Source: Planctomycetota bacterium
Lineage (GTDB): Bacteria > Planctomycetota > UBA1135 > UBA2386
Length of the DNA stretch: 64,000 nt
Reading direction: 5' to 3'
Assembly (NCBI GenBank): GCA_965223545.1
Contig: OZ245006.1
Span: forward strand, 2,176,001-2,240,000
Position numbers and translations under genes: made by a program. Numbering within the stretch: position 1 is the stretch's first letter; every line of letters starts with the position of its first letter. Positions 8,140-17,970 of this stretch are shown here, in pieces. The notes below the pieces were generated by a model. It did not search any database and was not told where the DNA came from. It saw only the letters and a list, made by a program, of their open reading frames with translations.

Positions 8140-9117
8140 ATGCTCGCCAAGACCGCGCTCTCCATCGCCGCCCTCGCGGCCCTCGTCCACAGCCAAACCG
8201 CACCGTGCGAGGCGCGCAACGATTCCAACACGAACGTCAGCACGAGTCTCACCGCCAGTCCGTTCGTCGGACTCAACCCGAGCTCGCGCGCGTACCAGTT
8301 CTCGCCGCAGTCCACCGTCACCGTCGAGAGCGCTGCCGTGTTCAGCGGCTCGCCGAACCGCGACGACTTCTATCGCCTCGAGATCTGGGACAACGACGCC
8401 GCCCAGAACGAGCCCGCCAACCGGTTGGCCGTGGGCACCGGCTTTTCGCCAATGTCGGCGACCGCCAGCTGGCTGGGCACGAACTTCGACGCCGCCGTCA
8501 CGCTCAACGCCGGCACCAACTACTGGTTCGTGATGATCGAGCCGGGCGCGTTCATCCTGCCGGAGGAGCCGGGGGGCACCCCCTTGCCGCGGCGCACCCG
8601 CGCCACGACCAACCCCTGGGGCTCACTCGGCAGCGGCGAGATCAAGTTCCGCTTGTTCTGCAATCTGCTCGACCGCCAAAACGTGGCCGCGTTCGGTCCG
8701 CCGACCACCAGCTCGGTCGGCCAGCTGCCGACCGTGTTCACCAACGACGACCCGGTCGCCGGCGCGAACGACTTCCGCCTGCAAGGCACCAACCTGAGGC
8801 CGGGGGCCACCGTTGTGCTGGTCATCGGCGTCAACCCGACCTGGCCGAGCGCGCCGCTCGGCAGTCTGTTCCCGCCCGGCGCCGCGCTCAACACCGACAT
8901 CGCCGCCAGCGTGTTCAGCGCGACCGGCGTCGCCGAGATCGGTGACCAGCCGACCACGCCGCGGCCCTCCCCGTTCGGCCACGTGGTGTTCAACATCCCG
9001 CTCGCCAACGTCGGCTCGGGGGCGTTCTTCTCTGCGCAGTTGTTCGGCCTGGACACCGGCTTCTCGGTGGCGATTCCGGTGATCGGCACCAACGCCCTGC
9101 GCGTCACGACTCTCTGA
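8140..9117 (+). CDS. Secreted hypothetical protein with the shared C-terminal domain
   Basis: Signal peptide MLAKTALSIAALAALVHSQ, typical high-GC codon usage, divergent from the 6312 gene. Confidence 0.8.
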   Translation: MLAKTALSIAALAALVHSQTAPCEARNDSNTNVSTSLTASPFVGLNPSSRAYQFSPQSTVTVESAAVFSGSPNRDDFYRLEIWDNDAAQNEPANRLAVGTGFSPMSATASWLGTNFDAAVTLNAGTNYWFVMIEPGAFILPEEPGGTPLPRRTRATTNPWGSLGSGEIKFRLFCNLLDRQNVAAFGPPTTSSVGQLPTVFTNDDPVAGANDFRLQGTNLRPGATVVLVIGVNPTWPSAPLGSLFPPGAALNTDIAASVFSATGVAEIGDQPTTPRPSPFGHVVFNIPLANVGSGAFFSAQLFGLDTGFSVAIPVIGTNALRVTTL

Positions 9118-9126
9118 GCGAGCGGC

Positions 9127-11004
9127 TCACGCCAGCCGCTGCAGCTGGCTGAGCCGAGAGTACAACCCACCCTCCTGCAACAACTGGTGGTGGGTGCCCT
9201 TCTCGACGATGCAGCCGTTCTGCATCACCAAGATCAGGTCGGCACTGCTGATCGTCGACAGGCGGTGCGCGATGACGAAAGAAGTTCGGCCGCGCATCAA
9301 GTTCTGTAACGCCGTCTGCACCGCCGCCTCGTGCTCGGCGTCGAGCGCCGACGTGGCCTCGTCGAGGATCAAGATCGCGGGATCCCGCAAGATCGCGCGC
9401 GCGATCGCCACGCGCTGGGTCTGACCGCCGCTGAGATTGCTGCCGCGTTCGCCCGCGACCGTGGCGTACCCCTGCGGCAGCGACGCGATGAAGTCGTGGA
9501 TCTGCGCCGCCCGCGCCGCCTCCTCGACCTCGTCTTGCGTCGCCGTCGGCCGGCCGTGCCGGATGTTCTCGGCCAGCGTCGTGTTGAAGAGGAACGGCTC
9601 CTGCGTGACGATCGCGATGTTGCGCCGGTAGCCCGCGACGTCGAGGGTCTGGATGTCCGTCCCGTCGACCGACACCCGGCCGCTGGTCGGCCGATAGAAC
9701 CGCGCCAGCACATCGAGCGCTGTGGTCTTGCCCGCCCCCGAGGGCCCGACCAACGCCACGGTCTGCCCCGCCTCCACCGCGAACGTGACGTCGGTCAGCA
9801 CCGGCTCGTGCCCGTACGAGAACCCGACGCCCTCGAACTTGACGTCACCCCGCACGCGGCCCACCGGTGCGCCCGGCTCCGGCGCGTCGGGCAACTCGCC
9901 GAGGATCGACTCGATGCGATCCATCGCGCCACTGGACTCCAGCAGGGTGTTGTACGCGCGCGCCAGGCGCTTGACGTGCGTGTAGGTCGTGCTGATCGCG
10001 ATCAGCGCAACCGACAGGTACTTGAGCGGGTAGTTCTCGCCGACCACCAGCCAGCCGGTGCCGAGCAGCATGACCGCGAAGCCGACCTGGTAGCCCGAGA
10101 ACACCATCGCCTGCGACAGCGCCTTGGCGTGCAGCAAGCGCCGCGTGCGGTGCAGGTAGCGCGCGTTGCTGTCGGCAAACTCGGCGTGGCGCTCCTCTTC
10201 GAGTTGGAATGCCTTGACGGTCTTGATGCCCGACAGCATCTGATTCATCGCCTCGGTGGCATCCCCCATCGCCGCCAGGCTCTTGCGCGAGTTCTTGTGC
10301 ACCTGCTTGCCGAGGCGGACCAGCGGCAGCGCCATCACCGGCACCAAGAAGACCAGCAACCAGACCGCCTCCGGCACCGCCCAGATGATCACCAGCACGT
10401 TGCCCAGGATCAGCAATGGATCCATGACCACGTGGTCGGCAGCCAGCTGGAACGCGCGCGTCAACACCGTCGTGTCCGTGGTCACGTTGGAGATCAGCTC
10501 GCCCATCCGGCGCCGGCCGAAGAACCCCAGCGGCAGCCGCAGCAAGTGGGCGGCGATGTCGTTGCGCAAGTCGACGACGATCTTCGCCGCGAAGTAGCGA
10601 GTCAGCAGCAGCGTGGCATACATCGACACCGCGCCGATCACGCCGAGCACGATGGCGATCACCGCGCATGCCAGACACAGACGCATCGGCCGCATCGCAT
10701 TCCCTTCGAGGATGCCGAGCGCGGCACTGAGGTCGCGGGCCACGCCGTCGAACCACTGCATGAAGCGGTCCTGGTTCTCGGCAACGACACCCGCTGCCGG
10801 CTCCGCGGCAGGCGCCAAGGCCTCGAGCAGCGGACCGACCAGTACGAACGAGCCCTTCGCGCAAAACGCCTGCACCACACCGGCGAGGACGATCGCGGCC
10901 ACCAGACCGCGGTTGGCCAGCACCGCCTGCCAGATGCGACTCAGCAGGAGGCGCAGACCGCGCTCGGAGCGCGGCGGCAGTTGGGCAGCACCGGAAGTGG
11001 TCAC
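9127..11004 (-). CDS. ABC exporter, fused permease/ATPase (MsbA-like)
   Basis: TM domain plus GPSGAGKTT, LSGGQTQRVAIARA, ILILDEATSALD and IAHRLST. Confidence 0.92.
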   Translation of the reverse strand: MTTSGAAQLPPRSERGLRLLLSRIWQAVLANRGLVAAIVLAGVVQAFCAKGSFVLVGPLLEALAPAAEPAAGVVAENQDRFMQWFDGVARDLSAALGILEGNAMRPMRLCLACAVIAIVLGVIGAVSMYATLLLTRYFAAKIVVDLRNDIAAHLLRLPLGFFGRRRMGELISNVTTDTTVLTRAFQLAADHVVMDPLLILGNVLVIIWAVPEAVWLLVFLVPVMALPLVRLGKQVHKNSRKSLAAMGDATEAMNQMLSGIKTVKAFQLEEERHAEFADSNARYLHRTRRLLHAKALSQAMVFSGYQVGFAVMLLGTGWLVVGENYPLKYLSVALIAISTTYTHVKRLARAYNTLLESSGAMDRIESILGELPDAPEPGAPVGRVRGDVKFEGVGFSYGHEPVLTDVTFAVEAGQTVALVGPSGAGKTTALDVLARFYRPTSGRVSVDGTDIQTLDVAGYRRNIAIVTQEPFLFNTTLAENIRHGRPTATQDEVEEAARAAQIHDFIASLPQGYATVAGERGSNLSGGQTQRVAIARAILRDPAILILDEATSALDAEHEAAVQTALQNLMRGRTSFVIAHRLSTISSADLILVMQNGCIVEKGTHHQLLQEGGLYSRLSQLQRLA

Positions 11005-11129
11005 GGCGCCGCGGATTCTAGTGGCGTGCTGCCCGGAAAGTCCGGCCGATTTGTCGACCGCCCAGCCCTCCGCAGCCGAGCACCACCGCGCGCGGGACTC
11101 GGTCCCGTCGGCGCTGGGCCGTCAGCGGC

Positions 11130-12725
11130 TCATTCGATGACGGTTTCGGCCAACACTTGGTTGGCCCACTCCTGGAACCGGTGCGTGACGAAGTCCTGCC
11201 GCACCAGCTCGCGCGTGCGCGCCTCTTCGATCGACGCCGTCGAGCGCGCCGGCGAGCGCGAGTTGACGCGGGCGACGTAATAGCCGCTGGGGCCGCGCAG
11301 CGGACCGACGATGGTGCCGGGCTCGGCGTCGTAGAACAGGTGGTTGCCGATCGAGTAGCCGAACAACAGATCGGTGAACTCGTTCTCGTGCAGCTGCTGA
11401 CGCAGCTGGTTGAGCGACTTCGAGCCCAGGCGGCCCTTGCTCTCGTCGTTCGCGTAGTACTCGCCACGCTGCTTCATCAGATCGTCGAACGACGCGCCGC
11501 CCTCGATCTCGGCGAACGCCGCTTCCGCGCGCTGCTTCGCGCCCGCGAAGCCGTCCGGCACCCAGCCGCCGGTCTTGACATCCCGCGCCATGAACTGGAT
11601 GAGGTCGACGTTGACCTGACCGTCGGAGAAGAACCGGTTGAAGCGCTCGGCGTGCGCCGCGAGGCTCTCGTCGTTCATGTCGTCGGCGATCATCTTCTCG
11701 AACGAACGGATCAGCCGCCAGCGCTGCCGGTAGGCCTCGAGGCTGGGGTATCCCTTGAACGCCGTGGCGATCACCTCGGTGGTGAACGGGGTCTCGTCGT
11801 ACTCCTTGCGGTACTCGGCGAACTCGTCGCGGAACTCTTCGTCGCTCAGGTATGCGCCTTCGGACTGCAAGCGCTGCTTCAGCGCCTCGCGCACCACGAC
11901 CTCGGTCATCGCGCGCTCGATGTCCTGCAGGAACACTCCGGGCCGCACCAACTCGAAGGCCTGGTCCGTGCGCCACTCGCGGCCGTTGACGCTGAGTACC
12001 AGCTCGGGCGGCAGCCCGTCCGCCGGATAGCGGATGTCGCTCCACTTCTTCAGCTGGTTCTGCACCCAACCGCGGCACAGCTGCATCCAGAACGGCGGCA
12101 GTGGTCTCGGGTTGCCCTCTTCGTCCACCGAGCTCTTGACGATGTTCTCCCAGAACTGGGGGCCGTTGTCGCCCTGGGCGGCGGACATGATCGCTTCCTT
12201 GGTGATCGTCGGCCACTCACTGGCCGGCCCAGGGAAGAACACGCGGTTGAACAGCTCGGTCTGCCGCCGCTGCTGCATGTACCCGTCTTTGCTGAGGCCG
12301 GTCAGCGAGCGCACCGCCTCCCAGAACTCGACGCCGGGATTCTGCGCGAGGAACTCGGCCACGCTGGCCTGCAGCTCCTTCATCACCTGCTCTTCGGAGA
12401 TCTCGAACTCGGCCGGGTCGCGCCCTTCTTCGATGGCGCGCTCCTTCCACTCCTCGACGAAGAAGTCCGCGATCTTGGCGTCGACGATCTTGGCGCCGAC
12501 CAAGAAGATCGCCTCCCGGCGCACGGTCTCGGGCGGCAGGGTCACGCCGTTGACGGTCACCGACGACAGGCCGGAGGCACGGGCGATCGACAGCTCCTGC
12601 TCGAGCTCCTGCACACTGTCCCGCAGCGCGGCCTCGACTTCGGGCGAAGGCTCGGACTGAGCCGCGGAGACCGGCGCGAGGCCGACAACGGCGAGAACCG
12701 CCGTGGACACATAGCGTTGGATCAT
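11130..12725 (-). CDS. Secreted SurA/PpiC-like peptidyl-prolyl isomerase / chaperone
   Basis: Signal peptide ending SAAQ. C-terminal parvulin-like segment AKQRAE..GASFDDL..SKGRLG..VGPLRGPSGYYVARV. Confidence 0.7.
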   Translation of the reverse strand: MIQRYVSTAVLAVVGLAPVSAAQSEPSPEVEAALRDSVQELEQELSIARASGLSSVTVNGVTLPPETVRREAIFLVGAKIVDAKIADFFVEEWKERAIEEGRDPAEFEISEEQVMKELQASVAEFLAQNPGVEFWEAVRSLTGLSKDGYMQQRRQTELFNRVFFPGPASEWPTITKEAIMSAAQGDNGPQFWENIVKSSVDEEGNPRPLPPFWMQLCRGWVQNQLKKWSDIRYPADGLPPELVLSVNGREWRTDQAFELVRPGVFLQDIERAMTEVVVREALKQRLQSEGAYLSDEEFRDEFAEYRKEYDETPFTTEVIATAFKGYPSLEAYRQRWRLIRSFEKMIADDMNDESLAAHAERFNRFFSDGQVNVDLIQFMARDVKTGGWVPDGFAGAKQRAEAAFAEIEGGASFDDLMKQRGEYYANDESKGRLGSKSLNQLRQQLHENEFTDLLFGYSIGNHLFYDAEPGTIVGPLRGPSGYYVARVNSRSPARSTASIEEARTRELVRQDFVTHRFQEWANQVLAETVIE

Positions 12726-12917
12726 GATCAGGGTCGAGCTGGCTGAGGGGAGGGCGTCGCGCCCGTTGGCACCCGAGAAGCAGCCGAGCAGCTTACCCAC
12801 CAGGCCTCGGCTCGCGGCCAATCTGCTCGGATTCCCACAACGGCACCGGCGCCGAGATTCCTCCCGGAAATCCCGCCCCAGTGTTACCGTCTGGCGCCCG
12901 TTCGGCCAACCTCCCCA

Positions 12918-13601
12918 ATGAGCTACGACCCCCGCACCATCGCCTTCATGGCCGAGGTCCTGTTCCCGCCGATCGAACTCAAGGCGCCTGCCGTGCAGGA
13001 GATCCACAACGCCCTGTTCAAGCAACCGGAGATCAGCTACCAGAACTTCCAGATCGGGCCCGACGGGATCCACCTGACCAACACGGCACAGACCCCCGGC
13101 GCGGTCTCGGCCGCCTCGTTCGCCCCCGACCGCTTGGTGATCCGCGAGGAGCTCCGCGCGACCACGGTCGAGGACTTCGCCACGCGATTGGTCAACGTCG
13201 GCAGCATCGCGTTCCGCACCCTCGGCGTGCAGGCCAGCGTCGCCCAGCAGTTCGTGGTACGCTCCCTGATCAGCCCCCGGCACACCGAGAACAGCACCGA
13301 GTTCATCGTCGGCCGGATGATCGGCGCCCCGGACGAAGCCTGGGCGCAGTTCGGACGGCCGATGCAGCGGGCCGGACTGTCGTTCACCTTCCCCCAGACC
13401 GGGGAGCATCCCCAGGTCTACAACATCCGCATCGAGACTTGGACGCAGGACCCGCGCTCGCTCTGGATCGAAAACGTCGGCAGCTTCACCGGGCAAGTCG
13501 CCGCCGAACGGCTGCCGGACCTCAGCAACTTGATGTTCTCGACCTACAAGTTCGCCACCAGCCAGGCGATGGCGTTCATCGGGCACTTCGACCGACCGTG
13601 A
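12918..13601 (+). CDS. Conserved hypothetical protein (TIGR04255-like)
   Basis: Clean 227-aa ORF with strong codon bias. The alpha/beta pattern DRLVIREE...VEDFATR is reminiscent of TIGR04255 proteins. Confidence 0.65.
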   Translation: MSYDPRTIAFMAEVLFPPIELKAPAVQEIHNALFKQPEISYQNFQIGPDGIHLTNTAQTPGAVSAASFAPDRLVIREELRATTVEDFATRLVNVGSIAFRTLGVQASVAQQFVVRSLISPRHTENSTEFIVGRMIGAPDEAWAQFGRPMQRAGLSFTFPQTGEHPQVYNIRIETWTQDPRSLWIENVGSFTGQVAAERLPDLSNLMFSTYKFATSQAMAFIGHFDRP

Positions 13602-14293
13602 CGCGGCTGCAGCTGGCGGCGTGCTGCGCTGCGCTATCGATGCTCGCTGCGGGCTGCGGCGACAGCGACACGCCAGCGGGTGATGCCCCACCCGGCGTGG
13701 TGCTCGAGCTCGACGGTATCCAAGTCACCGAGGCCGAGATCTCCGAATACGTCGACTACATCCTCTCGGTCGACAAGCGCACCGGCAAACGCGAGATGGT
13801 GCGCGCGATTCTCGACCAGCACATTCTGCCGGTGCGGCTGGCGCAGCGGGCGTTTGCCGAGCAGCGCCAAGCGCTGCGCGCGCAGTGCGAAGCGCTCGCC
13901 CACGCCGTCGGCAACGGTGGCTATCCCGCGCTGCTGCGCAAGGGAGGACCGTTGGTCGGCAATCAGGACAACCTGGTGCTGTCCCGCTACGAGCTGCCGC
14001 TCGCGATCCAGCGCTACGCATTCGACGAGACCCGGATCGGCCTCCTCAGTCCGGTGATCGAGACGCCGCAGGGTTTCTCGTTGGTTTCGGTGTTCAACAT
14101 CGAGCGCGGCATGGCGCGCCCGGCCGACCGCGTGGAGTTCTTCCAGGTGCCGTTCTACGTGCTCGGCCCAACCGAGTTCGACGCGTGGCTGCGACAGCAC
14201 CAGGTGGAGGTTGCCGCCAAGCTGACCTACGTGCATCCTGACTACGCCGAGGCGCTGCCCCCATGGCTGCAGGGAAAGACGAGCTCTCCATGA
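13598..14293 (+). CDS. Lipoprotein with a degenerate parvulin/PPIase-like domain
   Basis: GTG start overlaps the previous stop. Lipobox LAAGC and LSPVIETPQGFSLV (rotamase-like). Confidence 0.65.
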   Translation: MTRLQLAACCAALSMLAAGCGDSDTPAGDAPPGVVLELDGIQVTEAEISEYVDYILSVDKRTGKREMVRAILDQHILPVRLAQRAFAEQRQALRAQCEALAHAVGNGGYPALLRKGGPLVGNQDNLVLSRYELPLAIQRYAFDETRIGLLSPVIETPQGFSLVSVFNIERGMARPADRVEFFQVPFYVLGPTEFDAWLRQHQVEVAAKLTYVHPDYAEALPPWLQGKTSSP

Positions 14294-15126
14294 TCCACCG
14301 ATGCCTCATCGCCGCTGCGCTGGCGGTCCTCGCCATCCGTGGCCCGAGCCAGGATGCCGCACCCGAGCCCCCGGCGTGGCCGGAGCTCTCGCGCCGCGAG
14401 CAGACCCAGGTCAAGCAGACGTGCGACCAGCTGCGCAAGACCGGCAAGGCCGAGCGCATCGCCGACCTCGAGCAGCGGCTGCAGCAGTTCGGCGCGGGCG
14501 CGGCGCCGCTGCTGATCGACCGGCTCAGCGACATGCGCAAGAACATCAACGCGCCGTTGCAACGCGTCTTGGAGCACCTGGTCACCGACGCCGACGCACC
14601 GCTGCTCGCGCGCCGCGCCCAGGACGACCGGCTGGCGATCCGGCGCTACGTCGTCGGCAGGCTCGAGCGCACTGGCAACCGCGACATGCTGCCGGTGTTC
14701 CGGCATGCGCTGGGCGATGACGACGACGAGGTGCGCCTCGCGGCCGTGCTCGGCATCACGCGCTGTGGCGACACCGCGGCGCTGCCGCAGCTGCTGGAGC
14801 ACTGCATCGCCGATTGGCACGCCGTGCGCGCGCGCGCCGAGCCCGCGCTGGCAGGAGTCAAGGGCCGGGCGGCCGCCGAGTGGCTCGCCACACCGTTGAG
14901 CGACGACAGTGAGCCGCGCAAGGTGGCCGCACTGCGCATGCTGCGCGTGGCCGGCGACCGGCAGTCCACCGCGCTGATCGCCCCCCTCCTCGATTCGGAG
15001 AACCACAACCTGAAGCGCGCGGCGATCAACGCGCTGCGGGGCATCGTCGATGGCGACCCGCCACTCGACAAGCTCTCGGTGTTTCAGGCGATCGAGATGG
15101 CGAAGACGTGGAAGGCGCGGTTGTGA
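14290..15126 (+). CDS. Secreted HEAT-repeat protein
   Basis: Signal peptide and HEAT-like repeats (ALGDDDDEVRLAAVLGI, LLDSENHNLKRAAINAL). Confidence 0.8.
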   Translation: MIHRCLIAAALAVLAIRGPSQDAAPEPPAWPELSRREQTQVKQTCDQLRKTGKAERIADLEQRLQQFGAGAAPLLIDRLSDMRKNINAPLQRVLEHLVTDADAPLLARRAQDDRLAIRRYVVGRLERTGNRDMLPVFRHALGDDDDEVRLAAVLGITRCGDTAALPQLLEHCIADWHAVRARAEPALAGVKGRAAAEWLATPLSDDSEPRKVAALRMLRVAGDRQSTALIAPLLDSENHNLKRAAINALRGIVDGDPPLDKLSVFQAIEMAKTWKARL

Positions 15127-16382
15127 TCCGGGCCGGCAGCACGTTTGCGCGGCGGCAGATGCCCGCCGTCGCAGCCGCGCTCGCCCTGGCGGCGGGCGGC
15201 TGGGCGCAGGTCAAAGAGCGACTGCCGCGCTGGCAACTCGATCCGTACACGGACAACGAGCCCGAACGCATGGCGCGGGCGGGCTACGTCTCCTACGGCC
15301 CGTTCGAGTTCGGCCAGCGTGGCACCGCGATCGCCACGACCGAGGACATCGAGGCCACCGTGCCCTATGCGCAGATCCTGTGGGTCGAGACCGCGCATTT
15401 TCGCATTGGACTCAGCTTGCGCACGTGGCCCTTGCCACAGGAGGCAAAGACCAAGAAGAAGATCCGCGCCGAGCTGACCGAGCTGCAAAAGGTGCTGCCG
15501 AAGATCAACCCGAAGACGCGCAGACTCGACCCGTGGCTGCGCCTGCACCTCACCGCCTATCGGTTGGAGAAGCTGTATCGCGAGTTCTTGGAGCTGATCG
15601 GCGTCGAGGAGAGCGAGTTTCCGACCAGCATGGACAAGGTCGTCGTCGGCCAGGGCCGCTACCTGGGCTACGGGCCGTATCTCGGCATGCGGCAGAAGTA
15701 TCTCGTCTTCGTGACCACCGAAGGCGGCACCTATCTCGACTACCAAACGGCCTTCATCGGCAAGACTTCGGCGTTCGGCCAACGCTGGCACTTCAAGGAC
15801 ATCGGCGGACTGTTCTACGGCGTGGCGACGAAGTTCGACGACAACGCGCTGAAGCACGACACAGCGCTGCACTGCGACCTGACGTTCAACGTCAGCCACC
15901 TGCTGTTGGCCGGCTTCCGCTACTACGCCTACGACCTACCAGTGTGGATCTCGGAGGGGATTGCCCACTGGTTCGAGCGACGCGTCGATCCGCGCTGGAA
16001 CACGTTCACCCTCAGCGAGGGCGGCGGTCTGCAACGCCGCAAGGAGTGGCAGTGGGAGGCGGAGACGCGCAAGCTGCTCGCCGCCGGCAAAGTGACGCCG
16101 TTTTCCGAGGTCTACACGTGGCGCAACTTCAGCGCGATCTCGTTCAACGACCACGTGCTGCTGTGGTCGCGCTGGGACTACTTGATGTCACGCGGCGTGC
16201 CCGACTTCCAGAGCTTCCTGTTCGAGGTCAAGGGCCGCGTCCGCCCGGACACCTGGTTGGCGGACCAAGACGATTTGGTTGGCGCCACGCGCCAAGCACT
16301 GCAGAAGGTCTACGGCCTCTCGCCCATCAACTTCGATGAGCACTGGCGCGAGTGGGTGCTGGCCAACTACGCGGTCAAGTGA
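15123..16382 (+). CDS. Secreted peptidase-MA/gluzincin-like protein with a degenerate zinc motif
   Basis: VETAHFRI and PVWISEGIAHWFE motifs. FNVSH occupies the HExxH position. Confidence 0.65.
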   Translation: MIRAGSTFARRQMPAVAAALALAAGGWAQVKERLPRWQLDPYTDNEPERMARAGYVSYGPFEFGQRGTAIATTEDIEATVPYAQILWVETAHFRIGLSLRTWPLPQEAKTKKKIRAELTELQKVLPKINPKTRRLDPWLRLHLTAYRLEKLYREFLELIGVEESEFPTSMDKVVVGQGRYLGYGPYLGMRQKYLVFVTTEGGTYLDYQTAFIGKTSAFGQRWHFKDIGGLFYGVATKFDDNALKHDTALHCDLTFNVSHLLLAGFRYYAYDLPVWISEGIAHWFERRVDPRWNTFTLSEGGGLQRRKEWQWEAETRKLLAAGKVTPFSEVYTWRNFSAISFNDHVLLWSRWDYLMSRGVPDFQSFLFEVKGRVRPDTWLADQDDLVGATRQALQKVYGLSPINFDEHWREWVLANYAVK

Positions 16383-16395
16383 GCGCGGCCGGCGA

Positions 16396-17175
16396 TCAGC
16401 CGGCTTGCACGGAGACCGGCAACAGTCGGGCCAGCGCGCGCGTCAGCTCTTTCTGCAAGTGGTGCAGGGCGCGCGGCCGACCGGCCAACGCGCGCCACAG
16501 CCGGCGCGCCAGTCGTCGGTCACCATCGGCATAGGCGAGCAGCAGCCGCATTCGCTCCGCCCGGGTGCACGATGACCGGCGGCGCGCCGAGAACGCCATG
16601 TCGTACACGTCCACCTGCGCCAAGCGGCCACCGACGATCGAGCCGCGGCAGGCCAGCAGCACGGGCTGGTCGCACAGCCGCAACGCGCCGTTGGCGACCT
16701 CGCCCTCGACCAGCACGTTGCGCGGTTGCAACGTCGTGCTGGCCATCCCACCGCGGTGCAGCGCGCCGACGATGCTGCCGTAGCACTGCAGCAAGCGGCG
16801 CCGGCACTTGGACCGCGTGTCACCGCCCACGGCCAGCGCGCCGAGCGCGCGCTCCAGACTCGGCGCTTCGCCGAGATACTCGGTCACCAAGTAGGAGACC
16901 GCCACGCAGCCCCAGCGCCGGTGTTCGCCCCATGCGATCGGCCGGACGCAGGGCACGCCGGCCGCCCGGATCCGAGCGAGATTGGCGAACTCGCGACCGC
17001 CGCGTGAGCGCACGCCAAAGCTACGCCATCGCAGCCACCGGGGCGTGCGGTACCACTTGCGCACCACGCGTCCGTCCGGGCTGTCGATCTGCTCGACCCG
17101 CGAATCGGGGTCCTCTTGCAGCACGCGTAGAGCGAACGGCTCGCGCAACTCGAACGGTGCGGGCAAGGGACTCAT
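16396..17175 (-). CDS. Lipopolysaccharide kinase (Kdo/WaaP/InaA-like) family protein
   Basis: VVRKWY, SRGGREFANL..AGVPCVRPIAWGE, YLVTEYL and LHRGG..LQPRNVLV. Confidence 0.7.
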   Translation of the reverse strand: MSPLPAPFELREPFALRVLQEDPDSRVEQIDSPDGRVVRKWYRTPRWLRWRSFGVRSRGGREFANLARIRAAGVPCVRPIAWGEHRRWGCVAVSYLVTEYLGEAPSLERALGALAVGGDTRSKCRRRLLQCYGSIVGALHRGGMASTTLQPRNVLVEGEVANGALRLCDQPVLLACRGSIVGGRLAQVDVYDMAFSARRRSSCTRAERMRLLLAYADGDRRLARRLWRALAGRPRALHHLQKELTRALARLLPVSVQAG

Positions 17176-17882
17176 GGCTGCCAGAGGACCGACCGGTAGA
17201 TCGGCAGGAGGGCGAGGAGCGAGGTCACGATCCACTGCGGCGCGTCGAGACCGAGCTCGACCGCGTCCTCTTTCGGCAGCTCTCGCACCAAGTGGAGCCA
17301 ATGCTCACCGGGTGTGTACGAACCGACGTACTCGGCCAAGTCGTGCGGCTTCACCGACGACGCCCAGTACACCTTGCGCCAGTCGTGCAGCTTGAGCCCG
17401 AACCCGGGTGGCAGCGCGTTGAGCATCGCGCACCACTCGTGGCGGCCCGCATCGTCGGCGAGCCGCTTCTTCAAGTGCTCGCCATCCCACCACGCCAGCG
17501 GGTGGATGCGGAACGCCGCCTCCACGACCTGGTCGTCCAGCGAGACCTCGAGCACCGGCTGGATGTAGTGGGTCTCGGCATCCTTGCCCAGCGCCTCGCC
17601 GAAGAACGCCGCCAACTTCTTTCGTTCGGCGGGATTGCGGCAGAGGTAGGCGCGTTGCTCGCGAACGCGAAAGCTGTTGAATACGTACGGGTGGTGGAGG
17701 CCCGCCTGGCTCGAGAGCTCGACCTTGGCCTCGGTCTTGGCCCTCTTCTTGACGGCGTCGGCGATCTTCTTCAGCTTGCGACGCACCGACAGACGCAGCG
17801 CGTTGTACTCCGGGTCCCTCTGCCGGTGTTTCTCGTAGGCGAGGAAGTCGCGCACGAGAAACGGCTCGAGGTCGGCTGCCAT
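17172..17882 (-). CDS. Hypothetical protein (YktB/DUF1054-like)
   Basis: 236-aa ORF with biased codon usage, DFLAY..VRRKL N-terminus and LLPIYR C-terminus. Overlaps the kinase gene. Confidence 0.55.
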   Translation of the reverse strand: MAADLEPFLVRDFLAYEKHRQRDPEYNALRLSVRRKLKKIADAVKKRAKTEAKVELSSQAGLHHPYVFNSFRVREQRAYLCRNPAERKKLAAFFGEALGKDAETHYIQPVLEVSLDDQVVEAAFRIHPLAWWDGEHLKKRLADDAGRHEWCAMLNALPPGFGLKLHDWRKVYWASSVKPHDLAEYVGSYTPGEHWLHLVRELPKEDAVELGLDAPQWIVTSLLALLPIYRSVLWQP

Positions 17883-17970
17883 GCGCGAACGATACCGCGG
17901 CGCACGCCGCACGCCAGCAAACGCCGAAACCATCTCGGGACGCGTGCGGCCTGCCGTTATCATCGCTTGC

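Noticed and set aside
11034..11046. GGAAAGTCCGG resembling the RNase P RNA conserved motif
   Set aside because: The intergenic space is only about 125 bp and the other RNase P motifs were not found.
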